From: Candidatus Sumerlaeaceae bacterium
GTDB taxonomy: Bacteria; Sumerlaeota; Sumerlaeia; Sumerlaeales; Sumerlaeaceae
Reading direction: 5' to 3'
DNA length: 64,000 nucleotides
Assembly: GCA_049968255.1 (NCBI GenBank)
Contig: JBMFRB010000003.1
Location: 32,001 to 96,000 of the forward strand
A model generated the notes under the pieces. The model saw nothing but the letters and a program-made list of their open reading frames with translations. It did no database searches and had not been told where the DNA came from. Positions within the stretch are counted from its first letter, which is position 1; every line of letters starts with the position of its first letter. The translations under genes were made by a program, and so were the position numbers. Of this stretch, positions 20,347-31,232 are shown piece after piece.

Positions 20347-22740
20347 ATGGCAAACTGTTCGCGAAGAGAGATTCTTAGGTTGGGGGCAGTCTCGATACTC
20401 GGCGTTCTGGTGCCTGAACCGCTATTTCGCGCCCTAGGCGCCACCCCGCCACCGTGGGAAGTATTACCAGGTGCTCCACCGAATACGGCCGGCACTCTTC
20501 GTGAGGAGGGGCGAATCATTTTAGGCTCCGGTATGCGTAATGAATACCCCGTGGTCGCAGCAAGCGAGGGACAGGCATGGGCCGCATGGGTCACGAGCGA
20601 CGGGGAAACCGATCGTCTCGTCGTGCGTCTGCTTCTCCCTACGGAGCAAAACACGGGCGAGGAACGTTCCCTCGCCTTGGCGCGTTGCCATCGTCCCGCA
20701 CTTGCCGTCGCGGGCAACAAGGTTTACGTTGCGTGGGCCGGCAGCACGCCTGGCATTGAACAGCCCAGCAAGACGGACGCAACCCACAGGATCCAGCTGG
20801 CACAGCTCGAAAGCGACGGCCGCCTGCAAATACTGACGGAATTTGGTACTAAGGGAGGATGGGCAAGCCACCCTGCCCTTGCGCTCGACGCCGCCGGCAA
20901 TGGCTTTCTTGCGTGGGAAAGTGCAGAGCCAAGTGGCGGCTTTCGCGTGTGGGCTGCACCGGTGCAGCTAACGAAAGTGGGGCCGGCAATCCAGATTGCT
21001 CCGTCGGGCTCCAGCGATGCACGGCGCCCGGCGTTGGCTTTGCTCGACGCATCGAGCGCGTGGATTGTATGGGACGAGTCTCATGGCAGCGATGTGCTCA
21101 TCAAGGCGCGCCTTGTGCGAGCCAACGGAACGCTTGGCAACGTGGTGGCACTTACCTCGGGAAAGGGGCTGCATCTGGCTCCAGCCGTCGCCACCGATCG
21201 CGAGGGCCGCACGTGGGTGGCATGGTACACAAACTGTTGGCCCGACGGCACCACCGACATTGTGCGTCGTGTGGAGGTCGCTGTGCTCGAGCGCAGCGGG
21301 CAAGTTTCGTGGCCTCCACAGCCCGAGATTGTGACGCGCGAAACAACATCGACCGTGCAGGGTCTGGAATTCCCCCAGCTTGCGCACTCTCCGGACGGGC
21401 GCATTTGGCTGTCGGCTCGCGCTTCGCAGAACTTTTTCCTCGTCGTTTTCGACGGGCGAGAATGGACTCTGGCCACGCGCCTTGAAAAAGACGGATGGGG
21501 TGGGCGCGGACAACGTGTTGCGATTGTGCCGGTCGCAAAAGGGGAAATTCTGACGGCACGGCGCGATTTGAATGACGCTGTTGTGCAAAAGTTGACCTTG
21601 GCTGAGGCACCAACCGTGCACATCGGCAAGTTCTCCCCCAAGGGCCGGGCGCCAGTGCCCATTGCTCGCGTCCGCGAACGAATTGATTTCGAGCCGTGGG
21701 GCGAGTGGAAATTCTACTTCGGCGATATTCATGGCCACACGTCGCTGAGCGACGGTACCGGCGATGTGGACGAGTTTTATCTCATGCGGCGCGACATCTA
21801 TGCTGAGGATTTCGCTGCGCTCACGGACCACGATAGCTTTGTGGGCAACACAATTTCGCCTAGCGAGTGGGACGAAATCAAGGCCATCACCGAGCATTTC
21901 AACGACCCAGGGAAATTCGTCACCCTGTTCGGACAGGAATGGACAACACTGCGCGTGCCGCGAGGCAGTGGTCACATGAATGTTTACTCATGTCGGCGCG
22001 ATATTCCGCTCTTTGATCACACGCTTGCCCAGTTTGCGACGGCGGAAAAGCTCGTCGAGGCCGCAAGAACATACGATGCGATCGCGGTGCCGCATCACAT
22101 CGGCTGGACGGGCACCACGTGGGAAGCGTTCGCGCCCGACGTTATTCCTGTGATCGAAATCGTGTCCGTCCATGGCGCCCATGAATTTATGGGCAATCGC
22201 CCGCTCGCGCACCGCGGGGGGATGGCGGGCCACTTCGCCCAGGATGGATTGGCGCGAGGGTTGCGCTTCGGCTTTATCGGTGGCACCGATTGCCATGGGC
22301 TGCTGTGGCAACACGGCGAGTGCTGGAAACGCGACCCCTACCAGGCGGGCCTGGCGTGCGTCCTGGCACCTGAGCTCACGCGTGAAGCTGTGTTCGAGGC
22401 ACTGCGCATGCGCCGATGCTATGCCACAAGCGGCATCCGCGCGCGCATTGTCTTCGAGGCTAATGGCACTCCCATGGGAGCAGAAATCGAAGCGTCCGAC
22501 AAACTAGAATTCAAAGTGGATGTGTCAAGCGAGTCGCTCCTGCGGTGGATCGAAATCGTGAAGGATAACACCACGGTTTACACATTCGGCGGCGAAGGGC
22601 ACCGTTCGCAATTCACTTGGTGCGACCCAGAATGGAAAGGCAATCCAGCGGGCAGGACGTCGTATTTCTACCTGCGTGTGACGTGCCGCGATGATAACAT
22701 GGCATGGTCGAGCCCGATCTGGGTGCGCCGCAGCTCCTGA
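20347..22740 (+). CDS. Tat-exported protein: repeated beta-rich N-terminal region plus PHP-type (CehA/McbA/DUF3604-like) metallohydrolase
   Basis: SRREIL twin-arginine signal; GDIHGHT.SDG, TDHD, QEWT, GHMN, PHH, TDCH, AWSSPIWV. Confidence 0.85.
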   Translation: MANCSRREILRLGAVSILGVLVPEPLFRALGATPPPWEVLPGAPPNTAGTLREEGRIILGSGMRNEYPVVAASEGQAWAAWVTSDGETDRLVVRLLLPTEQNTGEERSLALARCHRPALAVAGNKVYVAWAGSTPGIEQPSKTDATHRIQLAQLESDGRLQILTEFGTKGGWASHPALALDAAGNGFLAWESAEPSGGFRVWAAPVQLTKVGPAIQIAPSGSSDARRPALALLDASSAWIVWDESHGSDVLIKARLVRANGTLGNVVALTSGKGLHLAPAVATDREGRTWVAWYTNCWPDGTTDIVRRVEVAVLERSGQVSWPPQPEIVTRETTSTVQGLEFPQLAHSPDGRIWLSARASQNFFLVVFDGREWTLATRLEKDGWGGRGQRVAIVPVAKGEILTARRDLNDAVVQKLTLAEAPTVHIGKFSPKGRAPVPIARVRERIDFEPWGEWKFYFGDIHGHTSLSDGTGDVDEFYLMRRDIYAEDFAALTDHDSFVGNTISPSEWDEIKAITEHFNDPGKFVTLFGQEWTTLRVPRGSGHMNVYSCRRDIPLFDHTLAQFATAEKLVEAARTYDAIAVPHHIGWTGTTWEAFAPDVIPVIEIVSVHGAHEFMGNRPLAHRGGMAGHFAQDGLARGLRFGFIGGTDCHGLLWQHGECWKRDPYQAGLACVLAPELTREAVFEALRMRRCYATSGIRARIVFEANGTPMGAEIEASDKLEFKVDVSSESLLRWIEIVKDNTTVYTFGGEGHRSQFTWCDPEWKGNPAGRTSYFYLRVTCRDDNMAWSSPIWVRRSS

Positions 22741-23083
22741 GGCAGCAATGAGACCGAGAAGCTTGCGCTGGCTGGCGGCGCCTGAACGTAGCCGACTGGG
22801 CCAGGCGTCGTGTGAGGGCGTTGAGCTGAAAAGTGGTCTATCAGCTAGCAACGAAGCCTCCCAGCCAGTGGGCAAGCCAATCATGATGACCCCGGGGACG
22901 CCGAGGGATTTCGCCTCATGTCACATGCTGCAAAGTGACCTGTGGCCCTGCGGCAACGCTAAGCAAAACAAAGCCGTTACGCTTGCCTCTCGCAAACCCG
23001 CGACCTCCACGAGGGGTCCCATCGCGGAATGGGATTGAAAAAGATGAGCTGCGAACCTCATGTACGCCCTTGCGCCGATGGGC

Positions 23084-23126
23084 AAAAAAGAAGGGCGGGC
23101 TCCGCTCGCGCCCATGGAACCCGCCC
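23084..23126 (-). terminator. Rho-independent terminator on minus strand
   Basis: Minus strand GGGCGGGTTCC-12nt-GGAGCCCGCCC followed by TTCTTTTTT. Confidence 0.7.
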
Positions 23127-23161
23127 ACCGCGCTCTGCGCTTTCCCCTCGCGCAGATTTGC

Positions 23162-23225
23162 TTCACGCTCATCGAGTTGCTCATCGCAGTTGCCCGTAAT
23201 TGCAACTCACCAAGTGCCCAGCAAG
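23162..23225 (+). pseudogene. Fragment of prepilin-type N-terminal cleavage/methylation motif
   Basis: FTLIELLIAVA, then VIAT after skipping one base; no Gly/Ala at -1 and no downstream pilin body. Confidence 0.55.
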
Positions 23226-23508
23226 ATGCCGGCCACACAAGCAACAGGAGAACCGTTCGCTAGCTAACAATCGCTTTTTCAGTCTTTTAATGCTGTGCTC
23301 TTGTGGTCATGGTAGACGCTAATCTGGTAGAGAAAGGACGATTCAGAACCAAGCGGAGCAGAGTATCGTACCATTTCGTACGCCCTTCCAATGTACTGAC
23401 GGCGTGAATCGCAGAACTTCAGCCGGGACGTCCATGTCTAGATGTGGCCGCCACGCGCTGGCGCGCATGTGGTTGCTCAAGACGCGTTTTACGTGCAGAA
23501 ATCCCAGA

Positions 23509-23679
23509 TCAATGGCGAGTCCTCCCTTGGGAGCAGTCGTAGGTCCAGTTGCACTCCCATCGCTGCCGCGGAGCCGTTGCAACCGCGCCGCGAGAGGTGG
23601 GCAGACGGCGAGCGCGAACCGTACCCAACTGCAAGCCCGGGCGGCTACGACGTGTGGCGCAGGTGGAGCGCATGGCCAT
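23509..23679 (-). CDS. Candidate 56-aa basic small protein, below ORF-track cutoff
   Basis: AGGAG 8 nt before ATG; MAMRSTCATRRSRPG...RWECNWTYDCSQGRTRH. Confidence 0.3.
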   Translation of the reverse strand: MAMRSTCATRRSRPGLQLGTVRARRLPTSRGAVATAPRQRWECNWTYDCSQGRTRH

Positions 23680-24167
23680 CTCGCTTTCTCCTCATGGATG
23701 GGCTCCGCTTGCGTTTTGTTTTGCCAAAGTTTTTCCCGCAGCGCCACACGCAGCGCCCCCTCGGAAGATTTCTCGAAACAGCAGGAAAAATACTGAGAAA
23801 AACCAGGCAGCCCTCTGCACTCCACCTGCGTGGCATTTTTCCCGAAAATTCTGACCGAGATTTTCGCGCAAAAATGCAAAGCCATTCAAGAGACATCGTC
23901 CCGCCCTTTGTGCGACACTGGGCCCAACGCTGGTGTTTCCGCCGAGTTGAGGACAAGCGTCGTGTGCCGGCGGGCGGGTGCGCTAGGCTCCACTACGCAG
24001 AGAAGCACGACCGGAGACCGTTGCGCATCATTGCGAAGAGGAGCCGTCGCCAGGGGCGAGAGAAGTTAGCAAGCATGACAAACACCGCTCCGATCGCCGA
24101 GTACCGGTCACAGCGGGAGGAAGCAACTCGGGAAGCACCGATCATGACAATAGAGGAAAATTGTCCA

Positions 24168-24404
24168 ATGTTGGAGTTATGGAGTGTTTCACGGGCAGCC
24201 AAATTCCTAGACGTTTCGAAAAAGCGTGTTTATCAGCTTATTCAACAGGGGAGGCTCGAATCCCTTAAGCTGAGCCCGCGCACGACCCGCGTTACTCGCG
24301 AAAGTGTCGAGCGGCTCGTGGAAGAGGCCAAACGCCGTCAGCGCGACGAGCTGGGACTAGATTTTCGGCCTCAGTCTCGTCAGCCGCGCAGCCGCAACTC
24401 ATGA
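24168..24404 (+). CDS. Excisionase-family (HTH_17) DNA-binding protein
   Basis: WSVSRAAKFLDVSKKRVYQLIQQGRL; GAGGA RBS; alternative starts 24075/24144. Confidence 0.8.
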   Translation: MLELWSVSRAAKFLDVSKKRVYQLIQQGRLESLKLSPRTTRVTRESVERLVEEAKRRQRDELGLDFRPQSRQPRSRNS

Positions 24405-24810
24405 GGTGGGATTCGCGGAGCACAGCTCAACGGCCAAAACCAACGGCGTCAAGGTGCTCAGTGGGCTCTTCTACCCAAGCTCGTTTCCGACGCCGAAGCC
24501 TTTCGCTCGGTCGCAGGAAATACAGCCGGCGATGGTGTGTGCGCGGCCTCACCGCGGACTCTTGCTTTTGCGGGCATCGCGTCTCCGACGGACTAATTGG
24601 CCTCTGTTTCGTCCGTTTTGTCGCAGGCGGACGGATGCTCTGGCGACTGTGAGGTTTGCTCAAAACCTAAGCGTGAGAAGCGCTGATATTCTGTGGCATG
24701 AGGCGCGAGCGGGGTATATTGGTGTGGCACAGCAGATCCATCGGCTTCTGGGTTACCCTTTGTGGCCGTCTCGAGAGCTCCGAATCGCCCTGATCCATTG
24801 CCAACTGGAG

Positions 24811-25038
24811 CTAGAAACGCGTGCGGATGCCGAGGGCGCGGACGGCGCACCATCCGACCGCCCCTTCGAAAATCGTGAACGCGCCAAATGCAGCGAGAAA
24901 GATCTGCAACGCCAGCGACCACCATTGGTCGTCGGGCATCTTGTAGCGGTGGAGAAGGTAGGCGTCGGCCACAAGAACAATTCCGACGCCGATGCGCACC
25001 AGACGGCCGCCCAAACCGATGTTGCAGCGAAATTTCAT
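24811..25038 (-). CDS. DUF2892/YgaP-like small membrane protein
   Basis: CNIG..GRLVR, two TMs, GWCAVRALG. Confidence 0.8.
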   Translation of the reverse strand: MKFRCNIGLGGRLVRIGVGIVLVADAYLLHRYKMPDDQWWSLALQIFLAAFGAFTIFEGAVGWCAVRALGIRTRF

Positions 25039-25826
25039 ATGAGAACTTATGAGTCGTGCCAACAGAAAATTCGTCGCCAATCTCTTGGCGCGGCGGAGTT
25101 GAGACGATGCCCATGCAGTGATCGCGAGGGTGCACGCACATTAAAGATCGGGTTTTCTGCGCACCGGGCGATCACTGCTGCTAGCGCGCGCCGGCACATC
25201 GCTGGCCAAGAAGCGGATAAGCTGAGAAAATACAATTCGGTGGCAGTGGGGTGAGTGCTTAGCGCAGAGGGAGATGTTCTCTATTCGCGCTGGCTGTGGG
25301 GTAGCCATGCCAGCTACGGCAAACGTCGGATGAGAGTGCGCCAAGGTTTTAGAGTAGAAACTCGTGCAGTCTGTCACCGCCGAGGCTAAGGCGAAATGCG
25401 GCGTTTGCAACAACGAGTGAAGAAAACGGAGTGCGCCGCAGCCCACCCCGTTGCCTGCCGCCAGGAAACCATGGTAGAGCCAGCACCTGTTTGTCGCACG
25501 GTGCGGGGGCCAAAGAGATCTCCTGCCGGGAATGTCCGCGCCTCTCGCGCTTAATCGAGTGGGGGCAAAGGGCGCTTCCGTTTGTTGCCGGATCGGGCTT
25601 GTGCCGGCGTGATCTGCTCATCGCCAAAGTTCTGCCGTCACATCAGGTGTTTCCTTGCGCCGCGGCGGGGCCTACACCGGCGCAGGATGGATACCCCTGC
25701 AGATAACTTGAGTTTTAGAATTCTCGCGCCGCGACGCTGGCCGCGGCGCTCTGCTATTGCCAGTGTGGGATTTTGTCTCTTAGCCCATGACGTGGCGGCG
25801 CGACACGTCATTATCCTTGCCCAAGA

Positions 25827-27890
25827 TCAGCGTGGCGGCTTGGAGTTTCGATTCGTTTTGGCTTGCTGGGTTGAGGAGGCACTTGCCTCGATGCGAGATT
25901 TGATCAGCGCAGCTGCATCGAGGAATTTTTCCTGCCTGTCGAGGCGCTCAGGATTGCGTTCAGCCTCGCGACGCAGGATTTCGATCGCTTGCAGATCGCT
26001 CCGCGGAATTTTCGCGCGCACCTCGGGCTTGTTGAGCATTGCGGCCACATAGGCGTGGGCAGCCACGATTTCGATTGCGCGCTTGAAGCCATCGCCACGC
26101 GCGATGATGCGATCATATTCCCCCTTTTGAAAATCGCTCTTCATGCTCGCAAAGCCACTCTCAACGGATGCAATCTGATCCCCAACGGCGCCACTTCGGA
26201 ACTTTCCTGCCCAGCGGCGCTTGAGCTCATTGAAGACGCTTTCCACCGCGCGGACCTTTTCCTCAGCCTGCTCGCGCTTGGACTTGGGTGGTGTTTGCTC
26301 GAGCTGGCGTGCAGCGGCGCGCAAACGTCCTGCCAGCGTGTTCGGGTCGCTGCTGTCCGCCGTCGCGGTCGTGCTAGAGCTGTCGCCCGTTGGTGCAACC
26401 AGTACGCGCGAGGGATTTGTCTCGCGCGCCACTGTGGCAATGCGGGCAGAGCCTGCCTGGGATGCATTTGCTGTTGCCGCGGTTGCATACGTGCCATTCG
26501 CACGCTCGTTTGGACTTCGTGGCAATAAGACAGGGATACCGTCATTGCCTCGCGCAGCGGCTGGGGTTGCAAATTCCACGGGATTGGCGCTTGCGACATC
26601 AAGCGAACTCCCCGTGGGCGCTGGCGTGGAGGAATGAATCGGCTGCGGATGTGTCGCATCGAGCTTCCCAGAGCCGGCGAGATCGTTGTCCGGCGTGCCC
26701 GCGGGAACGACTGCAGCCGGGCGAATTTGAGGTGTGGCCTGTCGCTGAGACTCAGATGCAGGAGCCGACACAGGCGACGGACGGGCTGAGGCCTGCTGCG
26801 GGGCCGGGGGAGCGGTGGGCGCGGTTGTGGCCGGCCGCGGGGCATCTGGTGCCGGGGTGTACCAGGCTAAGCTCTTGGTGAGCTTACTCTTCTTGAGAGT
26901 CCTCGATACCGGCGCAACCACAAGCAAATCCGGCAACGGCGTGGGGGTGGGACCAGCGGCCACCACCAACTTCCGCCAAAGTTCCTGATCAAGCTTTGCG
27001 CCCCGGGTGGCTCCTACAGACTTCTGAAATTCTTGGAGCGCCGCCAGCGAGCCGCGTCCCCAGCGTCCGTCAATTTCGCCCCGATAGAAGCCCGCCGCGG
27101 CCAGGGCCTTTTGCACGCGTACGACGTCGGCCTTATTGTCAAGCTTAGGGACAGCCCCGAGTTCCGATTCTCTCGGGCCACCTTTGACGACCAGCAATTG
27201 AGGCTCGCCAAGCCGTCGCGGCCGAACAGCCGCCGCTGCTGTTGTGAGAGCATTCTCAGCCGCTGTCATTGTTTTCGCGCTCAACGTAGCCGACAGCGCC
27301 CGAGCGTTTGCAGCCACTTGGCGTCGCTTGACTTCGTCCTCGAGTTTGGCCAGCGTCGCCGCATCAGGCCTTTTGGTCCGCGCCAAAGCATGCTCACGTT
27401 GGAAAGCCTCCAATGCGGCTTCAGTGCGTGGCCCAAGTCTGCCGTCGGCCCGCCCCACGGAATACCCAAGCTCTGCGAGCAAGCGCTGAGCACGCTGGAC
27501 GTTAGGATCAAACACCATTTGCGGTGCAGGCGAAGCGGTAGCAATGGGCGATGGCGAGGGTGCTGGCGACACCGCGCCAGGAGTTGCGCCCGGCTGTTCG
27601 GCGATGAGACTTGGTGCCGGCAGCTTTCCGATTGGTGTCGGCGCAACAAAAGGAGTTGGCCGCTGCGTGGAAGCCGTGGTCGCACTTGGCGTGGCAGCCG
27701 CATGACCAAGCGTGTTCGCTACCGTTTCGACTGGTACTCGGGAAACGGGCGCCTGCGTCAGGGGGGCATGAGCAGGAGCAAGCCCTGCGGCCTGGCGCGA
27801 GGGCGTGACAGCTCTGCGCACCAGAAACACGCTAACAACACATAATACGGAACTTACGACAGTTATGAGGATCCACTTTAGCAGCTTCAT
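25827..27890 (-). CDS. Membrane-anchored protein with two peptidoglycan-binding (PG_binding_1) domains
   Basis: N-terminal TM; VQRAQRLLAELGY..ADGRLGPRTEAALEAFQ and VQKALAAAGFY..IDGRWG..ALQEFQ; long Pro/Ala/Thr spacers. Confidence 0.85.
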   Translation of the reverse strand: MKLLKWILITVVSSVLCVVSVFLVRRAVTPSRQAAGLAPAHAPLTQAPVSRVPVETVANTLGHAAATPSATTASTQRPTPFVAPTPIGKLPAPSLIAEQPGATPGAVSPAPSPSPIATASPAPQMVFDPNVQRAQRLLAELGYSVGRADGRLGPRTEAALEAFQREHALARTKRPDAATLAKLEDEVKRRQVAANARALSATLSAKTMTAAENALTTAAAAVRPRRLGEPQLLVVKGGPRESELGAVPKLDNKADVVRVQKALAAAGFYRGEIDGRWGRGSLAALQEFQKSVGATRGAKLDQELWRKLVVAAGPTPTPLPDLLVVAPVSRTLKKSKLTKSLAWYTPAPDAPRPATTAPTAPPAPQQASARPSPVSAPASESQRQATPQIRPAAVVPAGTPDNDLAGSGKLDATHPQPIHSSTPAPTGSSLDVASANPVEFATPAAARGNDGIPVLLPRSPNERANGTYATAATANASQAGSARIATVARETNPSRVLVAPTGDSSSTTATADSSDPNTLAGRLRAAARQLEQTPPKSKREQAEEKVRAVESVFNELKRRWAGKFRSGAVGDQIASVESGFASMKSDFQKGEYDRIIARGDGFKRAIEIVAAHAYVAAMLNKPEVRAKIPRSDLQAIEILRREAERNPERLDRQEKFLDAAALIKSRIEASASSTQQAKTNRNSKPPR

Positions 27891-28187
27891 TCTACACCAA
27901 CCTCGACGTCTGCACGTTCGACTTTCCGCCCCACAATTACAGTTTTACCGCAGTAAGTTCTACGGTACAAAATTTCTCAACGATTTTCGGAACGATTCAC
28001 GCGGAAAAATGAAGCGCGATGGGAGATCACGGAAGGGGGCTCTGAAAGCTCGAAATCTAGGTAGATTTGAGCACTGTTGCAGAAGCTCAGGAAAACATCC
28101 ACCCACGATGGCTAGCGTCACGATAGGCGCCGAACCGTGCCGAAATTTTGCCGCCGAGCGATGCGGTAGCCTCGAGCCGGTGCGAAC

Positions 28188-29519
28188 CTAACTTCGAGAT
28201 TCCTTTGCAGAGAAACATTCGCTCTTTTGCTCCTCTGGCGAAATGATGGGCAAGAGTATGGTGAACGTCGCTCCGCGGCCCACTTGCGTGTCGACCTGGA
28301 TTTTGCCACCGTGCTCACTGACGGTTTTTCGCACAGCTGGCAGCCCGATGCCTGTTCCTTTCGATCCTTTTGTACTAAAGAAAAGATCCCACAGCCGCGG
28401 AATCATTTCTGTCGGAATTCCGGGGCCATTGTCGGCTACTTCCAGCAAGGCCCAATTGGTCGCTTTGACGCGTTCCTCGGGTGACAGCGGACATTCCTCG
28501 CTGGGGAGTTTTCGCACACGGACGCGCACCCACGGCCCGTCCTCGCTGCTGGGGCCCTCCGCACACGCTTCGATGGCATTCGTCACGAGATTCAGCAGCG
28601 CCCGCGTCATCTGGTCGCGGTCTGCCCACAGTTCGAAGTCCGCCCCGTCGGTTTCAAAACGCAACTCCACACCAAGCAAGGCAGCCTTGTGGGTCACAAT
28701 CTCGGCCACGTTGCGCACGATGTCCGCCACGGAAAAACGCTCGCGTAAGGGGCGTCGTTCCTTCGACATGTCGAGCATGTCTAACACGAGGTTTGACACC
28801 ATAGCAATCGAGCGCGAGAGAATCTCGGTGCCGTTGGCAATGAGTTCGTAGTTTTGTGTTTGGAGTCCCATTTTCACAAGGCCGAGGCTGCCATGCACGC
28901 CCGCCAGCATATTTTTCACGGAATGCGCGATTCCTGCCACCGCTTCACCCAAAGCTGCCAGCTGCTTGCGCTGCTGCAACTCCTCATGGAGACGATGATT
29001 CTCAATGACCATCGCTGCTTGAGAAGCTAAAATTTCCGCCACATGCAAGGCGCGCTGGTCGAACGGCGCCGCGCCCTCGCGCGTGCGGTTGACATTCAGC
29101 GTACCCAGCAGTCGTCCGCCGACGAGCAGCGGCACACAGAGAGCGGACCGGATCTGTCGTGCTTGGAGCTCCGTGTTTTCCGGTTTTGCTGTTTCCAAAG
29201 TCCCATTAATGATAAGCGGACGTCGCTCGCGCAAAACGCGTTCGCTCGGGGACCCCTCGCGCCGCACATAGCCCCGCTTGCAGATCTCTTCGGGCAATCC
29301 GCGTGCAGCCAGCATTTTCAGCTCGGGGTTTTCCTCGCCCACAAGCAACAGCAGCGACCCGTCGTCCGCTTCGAGCTCGCGTAGCGCCACCGCCAGCAGG
29401 CAGTCGAGCATCTCCTCGAAGCACAGCGCACGCCGCAGGCTCTCAAAAACGTCCTGAAACGTGAACCGTGTGCCTGTCAGGCTTGCCTTGTCTCCTGCCT
29501 CCGAGTTCATCCCAGTCAT
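28188..29519 (-). CDS. Cytoplasmic GAF-domain sensor histidine kinase (orphan)
   Basis: GAF SALCVPL; H-box IAHSVKN; NLVTNA, DNGPG, FFSTK, GTGIGL; upstream ORF extension probably spurious. Confidence 0.9.
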   Translation of the reverse strand: MTGMNSEAGDKASLTGTRFTFQDVFESLRRALCFEEMLDCLLAVALRELEADDGSLLLLVGEENPELKMLAARGLPEEICKRGYVRREGSPSERVLRERRPLIINGTLETAKPENTELQARQIRSALCVPLLVGGRLLGTLNVNRTREGAAPFDQRALHVAEILASQAAMVIENHRLHEELQQRKQLAALGEAVAGIAHSVKNMLAGVHGSLGLVKMGLQTQNYELIANGTEILSRSIAMVSNLVLDMLDMSKERRPLRERFSVADIVRNVAEIVTHKAALLGVELRFETDGADFELWADRDQMTRALLNLVTNAIEACAEGPSSEDGPWVRVRVRKLPSEECPLSPEERVKATNWALLEVADNGPGIPTEMIPRLWDLFFSTKGSKGTGIGLPAVRKTVSEHGGKIQVDTQVGRGATFTILLPIISPEEQKSECFSAKESRS

Positions 29520-30290
29520 AAGTTTATGCCACGGGGCACTGCCTTGCATCAAGCGCGAATGGCTCCCGAAAGACGAGTTTCGTTTTCTTGTGCGATAGCC
29601 GAGCAGCCTTTGCACAGGAGCCAATAAAAGGGCATCGAGCGCAGTGTGCGGTGCAAATCGATGGGGCACCGCCAACAAACGTAAAACCATGGGCGACAGC
29701 GCCTCGAGAATCTCCGACGACATCGAGCCCCCGAGAAGGCGACAAGGCCGTGTTTTTTTGCTGGACAAAAGGCACTCGAGGCTACTGGCGGGTCCTCGCC
29801 AAAGGCCATGACCGCGCTCGGAGAGCACGCCAAGTCACTTGGTGACGCAGTGGCTGTTCGCTAAAGAACGCAACGCCGCGCGTGGTGTCGAACTCACTGG
29901 GCGACGCAGCAATGCCCTTCCAAATTTCCCGCCGTGAGTCCCACGAAGACTTGAGGCGAAAGGCCACTGACACAGCGCTCAGATTCTCTTAGCCTCACCC
30001 TACGCTCGATCTGGAAATCTTTCTCAAGTCCTGTGGACAAAGCCACCGCGACAGCTGCCAAGCACTGCGGTGCGCGCGTGCCGGGATGGCGGGCGCGCAA
30101 AATACAGTGTCAAGCGACTTGTTGCGCCCTGCGCTTGCCGCGTGTTTTTCTCTGCTTCATCGCCGTTTCACGCTTGAAGTTTTTCCCCGTTTTGCGGGAT
30201 AAAAGAATTACACACCGATGATGCAGCGCCTCGGAAAGACGAAGTGCGTCTCGGCCGTCAGGCCACCAATACCCTGTGGAGGCATCAACC

Positions 30291-30944
30291 ATGTCTGTGC
30301 GCATTACCTCGCGTCACTTCGATCTCACCCCCGAAGTCCAGCAGTATGTTGAAAAAAAGCTCAGCCGACTGAAGCGCTACATTGAGAACGCACAGTCGGT
30401 GGAAGTGCTCATCGAGCGCGACCGCTACGAGCACAAAGTGGAACTCATGGTGAAAGACGGTCCGGTCTCGATCACGGCAAAGACGAAGGACCCCAAACTG
30501 CTTCCAGCTATTGATGCGCTGATGGACAAGGCAGAGCGTCAGCTCAAAAAGAAGTGGGAAAAGGTGCGGGGAGCCACAAAAAAGCAGAAAGCCAAAGGCA
30601 GCCCGAAGAAAGCAGCTGCCGTAGGCGTGGTTACCGAGAGCGCGGAGGAAGAGGCCGAAGAGGAGGAAGCAGAAACAGAGAGTGCAAGCGTGGCTGTGGC
30701 CACGCGCAAGCGCGCCACCTCGAAGCGCCGTGCTATGCCGCTCGAAATCGAGAAACTTGGGTTACTGGTCTTCCCACCTGAGGAACTGGAAGTGCCCACG
30801 CTTTCGATCGACGATGCGGCGTTTGAGCTTTTCTTCGAGGACGAACATTTTTTGTGCTTCCGTGACGAAGAGAGTGAAGACTTGTGCATCATATACCGCC
30901 GCAAGGACGGCAACCTGGGTATCCTGAAACCGGTCATTGGATAA
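30291..30944 (+). CDS. hpf: Long-form ribosome hibernation promoting factor
   Basis: ITSRHFDLT..YVEKKL N-domain; IYRRKDGNLG C-domain; GGAGG RBS. Confidence 0.9.
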   Translation: MSVRITSRHFDLTPEVQQYVEKKLSRLKRYIENAQSVEVLIERDRYEHKVELMVKDGPVSITAKTKDPKLLPAIDALMDKAERQLKKKWEKVRGATKKQKAKGSPKKAAAVGVVTESAEEEAEEEEAETESASVAVATRKRATSKRRAMPLEIEKLGLLVFPPEELEVPTLSIDDAAFELFFEDEHFLCFRDEESEDLCIIYRRKDGNLGILKPVIG

Positions 30945-31232
30945 CAGGACAGATTGGTGCCTTTTAGGGCAGCGCCATGAGTCCGCTTCGGTGGCGAGCA
31001 TTTTTCCGCTCGCGCCGAGGCGTTATGCGCTGAGAAGGCAGTGTTCTCTCGCGCTTGTGGGCGTTGCGTGTCGCCCCCTCTGCCGCAGCTTTTTCAGCGC
31101 CGTGGGTGGAAAAAGAGCTCGTGGCCGATAAACAGCGTGCAAACTGCCCAACGCACCGCAGGGGCTTTGTCGGCATGAGATAAGCGGGGTCGTGCGGGGC
31201 AAGCGAACGCGAATGCGTTGGGTGGCTGGCTC

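Noticed and set aside
23258-23320. GCTAACAA...GGTAGAC as an integron attC site
   Set aside because: No GTTRRRY end, no long internal palindrome, no integrase
24406-25254. 282-aa plus-strand ORF, and the N-terminal extension of ORF 23442-24404
   Set aside because: Atypical composition, no motifs; the former overlaps the DUF2892 gene on the opposite strand
30032-30040. TGTGGACAA DnaA-box-like site in a long intergenic region
   Set aside because: Single mismatched box, no cluster or unwinding element
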